The translations under genes were made by a program, and so were the position numbers. Shown here in pieces: positions 39,097 to 52,468 of a stretch of 64,000 bases of DNA. Numbering within the stretch: the first letter of the stretch is position 1; every line of letters begins with the position of its first letter. Source of the DNA: Octopus sinensis (lineage: Eukaryota); contig NC_042999.1 in assembly GCF_006345805.1 (NCBI RefSeq), positions 93,744,001-93,808,000 of the forward strand, read 5' to 3'. Under the pieces are notes generated by a model that was not told the origin of the DNA, searched no databases, and worked only from the letters and a program-made list of their open reading frames with translations.

Positions 39097-40703
39097 TGCT
39101 AGAATGGAACAATATATATTAATTCAATCTATACTCTTACAAACGCTACACCTTAAAAAGAAATGGACTTGTTTGATTGGCCCTTTAGAAAAAACGGTCA
39201 ATCTTCGAGCGATAAACAAAAAGGTCAAAAATATATGTATATATATATAAAAACTTATAAAAATTATAAAAATTATAAAATCCGAGGAAAAAAACCGAGG
39301 AAAAAACCTATTGCCGTTAATGAAGACAGTACAAATTAATGCATAGAAATTAAACCTGTTATAAATACTGCAATACATATTTATATTAAAATCCACATAT
39401 ATATATCAACATACACAAAAGGATGCGCGTAAACGCCATACATACATATACAGACGTATGAATATGAATCTAAATTATACACATAAAAGCATGTGTACAT
39501 ATATTCACGCAAACCGTCTCGCACGCAAGCTAAAATTCATCTATGTAGCAATTCTCATATACTGAGCAAGGAGGGGGAACGAAAGAAAGGGAAAGAGAGA
39601 AAAAGGAACGAAAGAGGGGGGGAAACTTGTAGCGATGTTATTGGCATCTATAGAGGCCAGTATACATACACAAGTTTGAATTGATACATATACATACCGT
39701 CGTGTGTATGCGTGCTTAAGCACAAGCATACTTTCACATACACATACACAGATACGCATGCTTACAAATACATATGCTTTGCTATACACAAACTTATATA
39801 AACATTCTAAATTTGACAACATTGCTTTTTTTTAAAAAAACATTGCTTTTAAAAAATGGGTGCATTAATAAAAATATATACGAAAGACATATAAAATAAA
39901 ATATAACATCCTATTTCGTATATATTTTTATTAATGCACCCATTTTTTAAAAGCAATGTTTTTTAAAAAAAAAGCAATGTTGTCAAATTTAGAATGTTTA
40001 TATAAGTTTGTGTATAGCAAAGCATATGTATTTGTAAGCATGCGTATCTGTGTATGTGTAAGTGAAAGTATGCTTGTGCTTAAGCACGCATACACACGAC
40101 GGTATGTATATGTATCAATTCAAACTTGTGTATGTATACTGGCCTCTATAGATGCCAATAACATCGCTACAAGTTCCCCCCCCTCTTTCGTTCCTTTTTC
40201 TCTCTTTCCCTTTCTTTCGTTCCCCCTCCTTGCTCAGTATATGAGAATTGCTACATAGATGAATTTTAGCTTGCGTGCGAGACGGTTTGCGTGAATATAT
40301 GTACACATGCTTTTATGTGTATAATTTAGATTCATATTCATACGTCTGTATATGTATGTATGGCGTTTACGCGCATCCTTTTGTGTATGTTGATATATAT
40401 ATGTGGATTTTAATATAAATATGTATTGCAGTATTTATAACAGGTTTAATTTCTATGCATTAATTTGTACTGTCTTCATTAACGGCAATAGGTTTTTTCC
40501 TCGGTTTTTTTCCTCGGATTTTATAATTTTTATAATTTTTATAAGTTTTTATATATATATACATATATTTTTGACCTTTTTGTTTATCGCTCGAAGATTG
40601 ACCGTTTTTTCTAAAGGGCCAATCAAACAAGTCCATTTCTTTTTAAAGGTGTAGCGTTTGTAAGAGTATAGATTGAATTAATATATATTGTTCCATTCTA
40701 GCA

Positions 40704-40749
40704 AAAACTGTCTGATGAACGGCAACGAGAAACTCAGAGTAACAGATTT
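40704..40749 (+). ncRNA. Minimal PLE-type hammerhead (family E)
   Basis: AAAACTGT-CTGATGA-ACG-GCAA-CGA-GAAA-CTCAGAG-TA-ACAGATTT; GNRA-capped stem II, near-palindromic stem III, GUA cleavage after 40741. Confidence 0.82.
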
Positions 40750-40847
40750 TGTTGAATTTTCTGCTGCTTAAAATAAAGCATATTACTCTACCACTGGTAT
40801 TTGAGTACTCTTTTTTCCACCTTGTTTCACATTTATGTGTTTACTCC

Positions 40848-40931
<84 letters not shown>

Positions 40932-42639
40932 GATTTGCTTACAGAAATACATACATGCAGTTACATGTGTGTACATAATTCACTAACAGTGGTGTCAGGG
41001 TAATATTTTCATGGTGAATACTCTTTGCACGGCGGCCTTCTTACCACTCCAAATTCTAGGATAAGTTAAATAAAAAATTAGCAATTAAAACAGTTAAATA
41101 TAATCAATCTGTCACCTCATTTTGAGATAATATAATCAAAAATTATTTGGGTTCAAAAGCATTTTATAAAATGATTTCAAAACTAGATGAATAAATCATA
41201 AATGCAAATTCCAAGCAATTCCAAGAAAATCTTCAATTTTCCTGCATAATTTTTATTTCAGTAGCACTTCAATGAACTCTCACAATAACAGGAATGTAGT
41301 TTTGTAAAGCCCGTCAAAATTAGCTCATTAAAAATTATTATCGTGTAAAAAGTCACCAAAACTGAGATTGTATAGGGAATGTTATCGTCTTTAAATCGTC
41401 ACACTTTCGTCAATTTACAAATCAATTTGATATAATTCAAATTCTTAACAGATCTAAATTGAAGAAAACTAATTGTGACAATGGCCGCAAGATGTGTGCC
41501 GCAGATAATCATGCATAAAAATAATGGTCAAATGGAATAATTCGTAGCGCATGATGTCGTTTTAAAATCATATCACAGCTATATTAAGACACAATTTATG
41601 GCATGTCAGCTGTGAGCAATCTTCTCATTTGATGACGGTCAAAATTACAAGCATCTGTTTGTTCCTCTTTATTTGGAAGCGGTGGTGACTTCGATAAATC
41701 AAAAGCATGTCTTGTACGTTATATTGTAAGCATGTTTGTCTTTGTTGTGCAACAAACTACCCTAATATATACCCATTATCTCAATTTTAACACACTCACA
41801 TTTCCCACACATCTGAACTTAATAAATATATCTTCATCTTCAGTTCACGCAAGATTCTCGAAACCGTAGTTCACAAAGGGGAAAAGTTACCTTTTATGCT
41901 TCTGGAAGAGACAATGCAATTCAAGAAAAACGTAACAAGAAGATTTGCTAGACAGCTTGACGTTACCATAAAGATCAAAATAATGGAATATTTTCGCACA
42001 CACAATATACATTTACAGTCGATACTAGATGCAAGATTTGTATGTCAAGCGTAAGCCACTGGTGATCATCTCGAATGTATTGTTCTACCTCTGCCCTTAT
42101 TCGTACTATGCCACAATCTGCCTTGGCTCAAGGTAAACAGTCTGCAGCCTTCACCCTGAACACTTTGGTAAGCTGCGTGAGGCAAATGTGAAAGGAGTTC
42201 ACAAGCCACATAAAGATTATCCAAGTGAAAATACGGAGTGTCTGAAGATAAAAAAAAAACAGAAAACAACTTCGGATGTCAGATTGGTTGCAAAGATTCA
42301 AGAAATCCTGACTTATCGCAATTACGAAAAATGGAGTTGCTTAAAACTCTGATGAGGTAATACAAAAAATGGTCTTCTGCGTTTTCCAAAAATGCATATC
42401 CTCCATTCCTGTCATGTTAACTTTCACGTGGTCATTGAAGTGTACTCAGACAAGCAAAATGAGCGTTTCTAGAAGAATATGCTTAATGTTGAATGAAGCT
42501 ACAAAAAAGCATATAACAATAATAAAATGGGAGACTGTCTTTGGTGTTAATAATGCAAAGAGCTCAACATTGCAATTGGAAATCTTATAAAACTACTCAC
42601 TCCTAAAATTTTGCGATCACCTTTATATAAGTTGCACTG

Positions 42640-42890
42640 GACCTTTGTCGGTTACGACGACGGGGATGCCAGTGGAAGCAAGCAACGGAATAGCCAGCCC
42701 AGGAAATTAACCTGCAAGTGATGGGTAAACTCCATAGACAAGCGTACCCTTAGTGTAGGTCTCAAGGAAATTCAACGTGAGACAAATTTTTGCAGGAGTA
42801 GACCGGAGCAACGTGAAATAAAGTGTCTTGTTCAAGGACGAAACGCGCCGCCGGAATCGAATTCAAAACCATATAATCGAGAGCAGGGTA
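42640..42890 (-). mobile_element. Decayed tRNA-derived SINE
   Basis: GGAGCAACGTGAAATAAAGTGTCTTGTTCAAGGAC...GGAATCGAA is the reverse complement of a SINE core and B box. Confidence 0.7.
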
Positions 42891-43454
42891 TATAAGTACA
42901 TAAAAAATATGATTACTATGTTGCCGTTTTTCTTTTTGCTTCATTTGCATTAGATGTTTATACAATTCATAAAATTGTATGTATGCTCACATTCTTATTG
43001 GAAATATAATTCCTGTCATTATCCACGTCTCAAAAGTGAAAACCTAATGAATTAATATCCATGTTCAGCACTTTTCCAAAACTAGCAACTAGCAAATAAT
43101 GCTTACGTTTCTGGAACACAAAATGTCTTACTGATTGTTATGAAATATTATAGACTAGTAACAATTCCAAGGAAACACGACAGGCATTTTAATAAATGAC
43201 CAAGCAAGTAAAACCTTGTCAATGTTACCTAAAAATGCAAATCAACACCAAAATGTAGACCTGTCTCAAAAGTCGCAAAGCATTTTTTGATAGAAAGAAC
43301 ACCGACCCAGAATCAGATCTGACTCAACGTAAATAAAACAAAGTCCACACTGAAGAATAAGCAGCATAGATTCCTTAAATGCAAGAACGGCTAAGTAAAT
43401 ATCCCAACGGCTTTATATTAAAACCAACATATCCCATGCGTTAATAAGAGATAT

Positions 43455-43897
43455 TCTTTCTACTCTTGGCACACGGTCCGACATTTTTGGGGAGGGGGCC
43501 AATCGTTAAGATCAACCCTAGTGCGCAACTGGTCCTTAATTTATCGACCAAAAAAGAATGAAAGGCAAAGTCGACCTCGACGGAACTTGAAATCAGAAAG
43601 GAGACAGACGAAACACCGCTAAGCATTTCACTCGGCGTGCTAACTTTTCTGCCAGCTTGCCGACATTTAAAAGTTATACATATTGTTTTCTACTCTAGGC
43701 ACAATGCCCAAAATTTTGGGGGAGCGGGTCAGTCAATTAGATCAATCTCAATACGCAACTGGTATTTAATTTATGAACCACGAAAGGATGAAAGGCAAAG
43801 TCGACCTCAACAGAATTTGATCTCAGAACACAAAGATAGACGAAATACCAGTAAGCATTCTGCCCGACGTTCTAAAGTCTCTGCCCGCTCGCCGCCT
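43455..43897 (-). mobile_element. Two tandem copies of a ~210-bp tRNA-derived SINE (43455-43664, 43685-43897)
   Basis: Shared GATGAAAGGCAAAGTCGACCTC core and a tRNA-like head at the right ends. Confidence 0.88.
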
Positions 43898-46800
43898 CGC
43901 AAACCAAAACATATTGCAAAACGACAGACATATATTATCAATATACATGCCATATAATATTCCAACTCTAATGCTGCTAAATAGTAATAATTCTAATGTA
44001 TAACTACTTCCATCAATTTAATTTGAAATAGCCAAAACGCTAGAGGAAATTAATGAGAAATTTAAATAGATAATATTTTTGGCAGCTGAAGAGAAGTAAC
44101 AGAAAATTAACTGGAGGTTTCGTCAACAAAATACTAGTCGCCATAAGAAAACAAAAAAAATAGTCACAGCAATATTTAGGTAAATAATTTATTTTATATT
44201 GCGTGTAGTAACCAGAGTTGATAGCAAGAAAATAAAAGCAAAATTAGAAAACATAAAAACATAACAGAACGTTGGAAAAGCTGTTCAACAGAAGAGAGAC
44301 ATATCACAAAAATGCACGAAATTGGGTAAGTTCCAAAAACAGGAGCACAGATACTATGCAACACCAAGAGACAAAAATATAGAGAGAGAAAGGAGTAACG
44401 TGATCTTACAATGACAAAAACACAAACCAAAAATTCTATTTCAGCAGGTGAAAGATGATTTATGTGGAATAGAGTCTTGATACATAAATAGTAAATTAAT
44501 TCAAAGAAAATAAACTGCTTTGAGAAGATAGATGGAAATATTATAGAAAATTAAATGTCAAAATTATAACCGTAGAATGTCCGTCAAATAAAATAAGACG
44601 AATATTTACGAAAATTTGTCAATTAATGACTCAAGAAAATTAGGTCAACTGACACAAAATACAAAGAAAATAATATATGAAATCATGTGGCGCCAAAGGA
44701 ATAAGTAAATATCACAGCGAAATATACACGTAGAGTGAATATGCATCGAGAGTAAAAGGCATTTGGAAATTACAGGAGACAAAATCCATAATTTCAGCAT
44801 GTAACACTTATATGCCCTACAGACATTTCAGGCCAAGTCACTGATTAAAATATGTCCAGAAATTGCTGAGTGACTGAGATAATCATCGTTGCTTCAAAAT
44901 CCATACCAAAAGATAAGTAAAAATGATCGACCAATCCTAAGGTTTTTTAAAATGTATTCGTCAAAAAAAGATCAACATAAATAGTAGTCTAGCTGAATTT
45001 CATAGATTTATTGACCGGGTTACGTAATTGTAACAGCTACAGATGAAATAAATATGAGAAAAATCAAACCACAAGCAGAAATTAATTACTACCTGAACAG
45101 ATTATTGAAAAGGTGAAAAATATTGACCACATATATGCATTATTGGGTTGATAGTTATGTATATAAGATAACCAGTGTTTAAAGTAATAATGAAAATTAC
45201 TAAACCAGCATGGAGAAAACATGTCTTACACAATCACTTTGGCAGGTGGTATAAACACTTCATATTATCTAAAATATGAATATTAGATTTTCAGTTCTCT
45301 CTGGCAATTTTTCCATTCTGAGTAGCTTTAAAGCCTACTTGGGATAGTCAGAAACAACCAAAGACAAGGGGCGAGTATTTACACAATAATGATGTAATTA
45401 TATCAGGTTTGAGGAAGTGTTGTGAAAGTTTCTTCCAGCTTGTAGCCTATAGTATCTGTGATATCAGCTCGGCGTTTGTTCGTGTCAGTTATGTCAGATA
45501 TACATTTAATTGGTATAGGGTAACTAGGGCTGCCAGCACTGAAAAATTAGTCATACTTTGACTGAATTATGAATTTATACAGCAGACTAGAATTATGCTA
45601 AAAAGTAAATAAAACTGTGAACGATGCGACGTCTTTACTATGCATTTTAACAGTAAGTCCTGATTTAATTTTGCAATGTTCAACATTTAAAATGAGATAC
45701 AAAACGATAAAATTATTAGTATACGTTTCCAATGCATTTCTCAAAATTTGATCAACATCACATGATTCCATGGGCCAGAATGATGAAAACAAATTCAAAC
45801 CAATTTAGTCTATAAAACTGGAAAGTGGTGTTAACTAGAACTGATAGCTTGATTCTTTTTGTGAATAAGTCATGTGAATTTGTGACGAACATTCATTGAG
45901 AAATATATGTAGTCCCAAGAATCTAATTTTTAAGAACATATAAATATACGTCAAACTAATGCAAGAAAATGTAAACTGGTATTCTCTGAGATAGGCAGAT
46001 ATAGACACTCAAGATAATAAGGAACAACCGAACAGACATGATTATAAGGACATATTATCTATATGCGCTGTACGCAAATATTATAGCTTCCTGGAATAAC
46101 AATATTTTAGTAAAGGAACGTGATACATTATCCAACTATAACGACATGAAAACATTGGTAGCACGAACGTTGTGGGAAACATGGTAAGGATAAGGATCTT
46201 GAAACTAGTACTTAAAATGTAGGAAAAATATTTAATACATAAAATATCTGTAAAATAATAAGGGTTGGAATAAAATCTCCCCTACCTCTACATCTACGTG
46301 AACGTGTTAAAAGATTCATAGAGGTATCAATTATATTATCGATACAGACTATATTTAATGTTAATCCAATGGCAAATAAAATATTGGCACACAAAACTAT
46401 ACTTGGCATTTTACTGAGGATCAATATTGGTTCAACTACTGTAAATGTATGGATAAACAATTTTATTGCTTACTTAGTTGAGCGTTGGCCTAAATTCCTT
46501 CATTCATTTTTGTCCTATAAATTGTGCTGTTTTTGTTTTTGCACTTTCGAATAAATGTGACTGTAGTGCATACTTAAGGTATTTTATCTGTAACATACTA
46601 CTAAGCGTTCAGAATGTAGATGATGAAATGTTATTATCATTATCTGTGAAGAATATTGCTATACAGGTTAATTTATATTAACCCCATCAGCGTCATACGT
46701 TCATATGTTAATGTACCGTTATCTAAAATCTACCCAAATTTAGTTACACTTAAGCTGTGTATGCTTTTACCAGGATCACTCACTAGTGTAACTATCCAAA

Positions 46801-48432
46801 CGCCACACTATTTTCTTCGTAAATTACAACAGTTTTCGCGTTCAATCGCCAAATCAGTTTAGCATTTCTGTAAATAGTTACAAGGAAATTTCACCGAAAC
46901 TATCCACTGAATGTATCCAAATCATGGTAAGGAAATTTTCAGTTAAGTGTTAAATTGGACATATATGTTTTTTTTTTCGTAAGAGTTCAATAATATTTTA
47001 ACACATTAATGTAACGTGTTAAGGTATTGCTTAAGAAGAGTGATCGAAAACATCTCTGTTATAAAACATTTGATAATAAACTTATACAATGTTACAAAAG
47101 TTAATGATACACGTTATTATGCGGTGGACGTTAACCTATAGAGTTAAAGTTGTTTAAAAGTAAAGTGAATGCAATGTACTTGATTAGGTCTCTTTTTCAA
47201 ATTCATGACGATAGATTTTTAAAGAGTTGAAAAATCTTTTCCTCTACATTCGTAGATGAGAATAAGCTGAAGATTCTCATGTTTATCCAAAATTTAACTA
47301 TTGAGAGGATAATCTTGTTATCTGGATTTTAATGATTGCAAAGTCATAATTTCCTCCGAAGTCAAACTTTAGGAGTAATAAAGGTGCTAAACTAAACGCG
47401 ACATATTTCTGTTACTTAATGAGATCAAATTTAAGATTTCCCTTTAATCAAATTACGTCTGTATTACCGGAAGTGGCTCCACATAAGGAGACTACCTGGG
47501 CGAGTACTATTATTCTAGATGTTTCCCGATGGATCCTCATATCAGCAGCTTTTATTCCTGATCGTAACCTTTAAGGAATTCTACAACACCTCTGACAATA
47601 TGTGTGGATAGGCACGAAAACCGAATCGAAGTTAGTGTGTTTGAGGTTTTTGTCAACATCTCTTCTGAAACTCCTACTCTGAGGAATAGAAGACCGAAAA
47701 GGTGGATGGGGGAATTGAAAATAGTGGATATGATGCACAAAAAATCACTTCAGTCTTGTCTGAACATAGGCCTGGTAAATAAAACGAAGTAGTGAAGCAT
47801 TTCCTGAAGGTTTTTGTCACATCAAAAGAGAGCCACTGAGCCGAATATTAAAAACAGCAAACAAATCTCATTCAGCCAAAATTTGCTATTTAACAAGAGG
47901 AAAAGCAACAGACACTGTGTTTCTCACTGAATAGCGTTTGACTGAATGTGATAGTAAAATGAGATCGTTACGGCTCGAAAGGTTGATAAGAGATATTTTC
48001 GATTAGAACCAAACTCGGTATCAATATGAAGAATACCGACGATTTTCTATTATATAGGGCGTCTCCCAAAAAGTCACGAGGAGTATTTTTAACTTATCGA
48101 TAAATGTCAGTAATTAGTCGATGAAAATTCAAGTTGTACTAATCCAGGAACGTTACTTTAATAAAAAAAAAGTACAAAATATGATAACAGCAAATAAATT
48201 CGTCTAAGTTTGCTATAATCAATTTTCTTATATTTATTTTGATTATGAACGAACCTTGTTGCTCACATTAATTTCAAAAGGGGGAGTCTAAAATAGATAT
48301 GTAGGACACCTTCTTGGACACAGATTTCTCTCATCTCCCATCAGATGCATACGTAGCCGAACCAACATAACACAGCAATACGCACAGGCATATATTCTAT
48401 GATGAAGTGCATATTTATAATTCACTCCCCCA

Positions 48433-48488
<56 letters not shown>

Positions 48489-49049
48489 ACAAACTGAGGA
48501 AAAGAAATCTTTCAAAGGGGTGTATTAAACATCCGGTTCACTGGTACTTCAGTTGGATACCATATAAATATTGGTCTACATTCATGTATATATGTACATG
48601 CATGCATATAATGGTAGCAATATACTTATAGTAAAATAAACATGAATATAAAATTTTTAAAGCAAGCGTACAAATTTTGAAACGAATGACTCAACAGAAA
48701 CTTACTCGTGATTTTTACACTGTCATACTTATTCTGACTACCTAAGTTATATATTCATACTCGTTTAATTCCTTCCAAAGAGACCAGGGTTTGCAAAATG
48801 ATTCTGATAATTGAATCATATTGAAAAATGTTGAGATCACAGCTTGAAACATAACATATCTCAGAATGTTTTATTATGTTGGTAAACCTTTTGAACAGAG
48901 AAGATTCCAAAGTTTATCGTGCAAGTTACATTGCTTTCCACATGGCAGGCTTACTATCACCGTACCAATGCAGTCCTTCGAAATTCTCAGAAATTTCTTT
49001 ATCCATTTTAGAAATGTTAATCCTTACCAGAAGCTTTCAGAATAATTTT

Positions 49050-49480
49050 TCCATCGTCTTGGCTTAACGACCCTCATCGTTTGTTTTTACTGTTTTGTTC
49101 TCACTGTCCTGTTCTTGTTACCACTTTCCCCCTCCGCAAAAAATCCCAAATATTACTTAATTTGCTTTGCAAGAAGGACTGTTTCAACGAAGTCGCGTCT
49201 TGTCCTTACCTTCGAGACGCGGAGTAATTGAAACAAGGACAACTGAAGAAGGGGAATATTCCTTATGTTGTATGTCTCCTTTCTCTGTTTTTTTCGTTGT
49301 TCGAAAAAAGTTTCGTTTTTGTTTTCGCTTGTCATTGTGTTCAAAGTTTTTTATGTCCTGTACCCATTTATGCATGTATATATACATATATATGTGGGTA
49401 TGTACATATATGGATGTATATATGCATATATTTATATATTATTTATATTATTATATGATCGAACGCCACGCTTCTTTTCC
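49050..49480 (+). mobile_element. Family C copy; rearranged hammerhead at 49180-49254
   Basis: CGCG-TC-TTGTCCTT-A-CCTTC-GAGA-CGCG...AAGGACAA-CTGAAGA-AGGGG; outer stem TGTTTCAA/TTGAAACA. Confidence 0.85.
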
Positions 49481-49516
49481 AAGTATATATATATATATAT
49501 TATATATATATATATA

Positions 49517-49703
49517 CTTTATTTAAAAGCAGCAAACAATTCAACAAAACTTGTTATTCTGAGTTTCACGTTCCCTTTCGTCGGACAGATTTTGCTAGCT
49601 TTTTGTTGAATTTTCTGCTGCTTTTAAATAAAGCATATTACTCTACCCCTAGTATATGAGTACTCTTTTTCCACCTTGTTTCACATTTATGTGTTTACTC
49701 CGG

Positions 49704-49705
<2 letters not shown>
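49517..49705. mobile_element. Mini foldback of family E with a decayed hammerhead (49547-49592, minus) in the loop
   Basis: Arms 49517-49550 / 49601-49634; same tail as 40778-40850; core reads CCGACGA...GAAA-CTCAGAA-TA. Confidence 0.8.
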
Positions 49706-49743
<38 letters not shown>

Positions 49744-49834
49744 TACATACATACATACATAAATAGATAGATAGATTGATATAGATTTAGATATGCAGCG
49801 AGAGAGAGAGAAAGAAAGAGAGAGAGGGACACAC

Positions 49835-50055
49835 ATATACCTATGAGTCTGTGTCTTCCTGTCTATGCTTGTCTCCTCATCACCGCGTGACAACCGGTGT
49901 TGTCATCCTCAGGTCCCCGTAACCAAGCAATAGAAGAAGTACTAGGCTTGGAGAAAAGATCCTGGGGTCGATTTGTTTCACTAAAACCCTTTAAGGTGGT
50001 GCTCCAACAAGGTGGCAGTCAAATGACTAGAACAAGTAAAAGATCAAAAGAAAAT
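49835..50055 (+). mobile_element. SINE 3' half
   Basis: GACAACCGGTGTTG...GGTGGTGCTCCA...CAGTCAAATGACTAGAACAAGTAAA matches 38800-38980. Confidence 0.8.
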
Positions 50056-50117
50056 ATATATGAAATTACATGCTTATGTGTGTATAAGCGTATGCATGTG
50101 TATGCGCTTGCTGCTTG

Positions 50118-50164
<47 letters not shown>

Positions 50165-50170
<6 letters not shown>

Positions 50171-50400
50171 CGGATCTTTAACGACCCTCATCGTTTGTTT
50201 TTACTGTTTTGTTCTCACTGTCCTGTTCTTGTTACCACTTTCCCCCTCCGCAAAAAATCGCAAATATTACTTAATTTGCTTTGCAGGAAGGATTGTTTCA
50301 ACGAAGTCGCGTCTTGTCCTTACCTTCGAGACGCGGAGTAATTGAAACAGGGACAACTGAAGAAGGGGAATATTCCTTATGTTGTATGTCTCCTTTCTCT
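50165..50400 (+). mobile_element. Family C copy; rearranged hammerhead at 50294-50368
   Basis: Near-identical direct repeat of 49070-49290, offset 1114 bp. Confidence 0.85.
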
Positions 50401-50403
50401 GTA

Positions 50404-50469
<66 letters not shown>

Positions 50470-51006
50470 AGATATATATATATATATAACTGGCGTGTTT
50501 ATGTCGTGCTGATGTGTGTGTGTATATATGTGGGGGTATCTTTGTCTTAAGATCCGTATAAATATAGGTGAGTATGTTATACTCTAGATTGATAATGTGT
50601 CTATTTATTTCCTCATCTTTAAATATATTCCGCACCAAATTTAACGTTTTGAGTCATCGTTCTTTTGTATTTTTATTTGCATATGCGTGTACGAACGGTT
50701 GTGTAAATGTGCTTGCAACATGTAATTTCTTAAACGATTACAGGATTAGCATCCATAAAATGCTCGTCTCTTGAAAACACAATTCCCTTTATAGCTCTGC
50801 GTCAAATTATCCCATTCCTTCTTATTTTTTCTTTTGTTTACTACACCCCATTTCAACCTCTTTCTTTTAATCTCTTTTATCACTGTATTCTCTCTTTTGT
50901 TTTTCTCTGTCATTTACTTTTCTCTCTATTTATATCATTCTCAACGTACTTATACACTATATTTCTACCAGTCAAAATTCAAGGATTTGAGCTCTTATTC
51001 TTTTTC

Positions 51007-51421
51007 TTTTACTCTTTTACTTGTTTCAGTCATATAATTGTGGCTATGCTGGAGAACCACCTTCTAGTCGAACAAATCGACCCCCAGGACTTATTGTTTT
51101 AATACTTATACTTAGTATAAGCCTAATATTTATACTATCGGTCTCTTCTTGCCAAACCGCTATGTTACGAGGATGTAAATACATGTCAAGCGATGGTGAG
51201 GGAAACAAACACTGTCACACAAGCATGCACACATACATATATACATATACATATATACGACGGGTTTATTTCACTTTCCATCTACCAAATGCCCTCACAA
51301 GGCTTTGGACGGACCGAGGCTATAGAAAAACACACTTGCCCAAGTTGCCACGAAGTGGAACTGAACTCGCAACTATCTGGTTGGTAAGCAAGCTACTTAC
51401 TACTCAGTCATCATTGCACCT
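51007..51421 (-). mobile_element. Full-length decayed tRNA-derived SINE
   Basis: Reverse complement of the 38529-38980 family. Confidence 0.85.
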
Positions 51422-51553
51422 ATGTAACATATAATAAACTGCTTTGCTGACGAACTGTTATTGTTTAGAAACTAATTGCACTAGCAACCTCTGCTACAGA
51501 GGATAAAAACTACCACAGTCATAAAACGTACCAAGAAAACAGGTGATATAAGC

Positions 51554-52258
51554 TGTTTTTCTAATGCCAAATATGCCGAAAAATTGGACATATTGTCCAT
51601 TAACCATATAATTTTTTTCTCAATACGCACGCTACTCGAAAAACATTTTTTCCTTTGCCCTCATTTATGAATTGTTTATAAATTTAACTGTTAAAGGTAT
51701 TTTTTAATATGCTGGCCATTCATAAGTTTTTTTCGAGAAAATATTTTTTTCGAAAAGAATTTTATCCTCACATTTGTTATAAATTTAAGCGTTCACTTCC
51801 GAACTAACTCACTCTGTGAGTGCCTCAGTTCAAATCGCACGTGCCTCGAATGGGCTGGAGTATTTTTATTTTGGATGTATTTGGGGTACTTAGTTGTGCC
51901 CATGACTTAGTATTTGCTTCTTCCATGGGTATGAGTAAGTATCTCATTTATTTCTTTTGCCACATGTATCACTGACGAAGAGAGGGCTCTTAGTAGCTAA
52001 CTCTGAAATCGGTCTGATATGGTAATAATGGAATTTTTTAGAAATTTCTGTCGACCTTTTTCGAGTAGCGTGCGTATTGTGAAAAAATTATATGGTTAAT
52101 GGACAATATGTCCAATTTTTCGGCATATATGGCATTAGTAAAACATTTTTTCCTTTGCCCTCATTTATGAATTGTTTATAAATTTAACCGTTAAAGGTAT
52201 TTTTTAATATGCTGGCCATTGATAAGGTTTTTTTCGAAAAGAATTTTATCCTCACATT

Positions 52259-52260
<2 letters not shown>
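51554..52260 (+). mobile_element. Family G: ~500-bp hammerhead-bearing unit present ~1.24 times, plus a short inverted 5' arm
   Basis: AAACATTTTT(T)CCTTTGCCCTC at 51641 and 52141; 51554-51642 is the reverse complement of 52056-52145; ends in (TA)n. Confidence 0.85.
51967..52024 (+). ncRNA. Type I hammerhead ribozyme (family G)
   Basis: TATCA-CTGACGA-AGAG[18 nt]CTCT-GAAA-TCGGTCTGA-TA-TGGTA; core intact, AUA cleavage after 52019. Confidence 0.88.
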
Positions 52261-52296
<36 letters not shown>

Positions 52297-52299
<3 letters not shown>

Positions 52300-52468
52300 G
52301 GTCCCGGGTTGATTCGGGGTTAACCACAGTAAATAAGGTACTCAATACATAGCAGAGTAAAATTAATTTATATATAGAAGGAGCTTCTACAGGCTAGAAC
52401 TGTTTCATTCAAGAGAAATCTTCAGGAAACAGTTCTAGTCCTGTAGAAGCTCCTTCTATATAATAAAA

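Larger units (their letters stand above)
39022..40850. mobile_element. Family E giant foldback: ~865-bp near-identical arms, 28-bp spacer, ~72-nt tail on the right arm
   Basis: 39022-39885 is the reverse complement of 39914-40778 with only a few differences seen; (TA)n on both flanks. Confidence 0.96.

Noticed and set aside
39124-40654. Paired identical ORFs (MDFNIN..., MLSNLE..., MYIYSR...) on opposite strands
   Set aside because: A by-product of the palindrome; low-complexity peptides.
42066-42269. Exon-like minus-strand ORF with a poly-T acceptor; a similar case at 47552-47740
   Set aside because: Competing plus-strand splice signals, no phase-linked neighbours and no recognisable homology.
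48055-48320. Possible Tc1/mariner TIR start (TAGGGCGTCTCCCAAAAAG); also a mariner-like snippet near 56895-56930
   Set aside because: No convincing matching right TIR or coding stretch.
51435-51490. CTGACGA...GAAA motif
   Set aside because: Stem II is poor and there is no UH between stems III and I.
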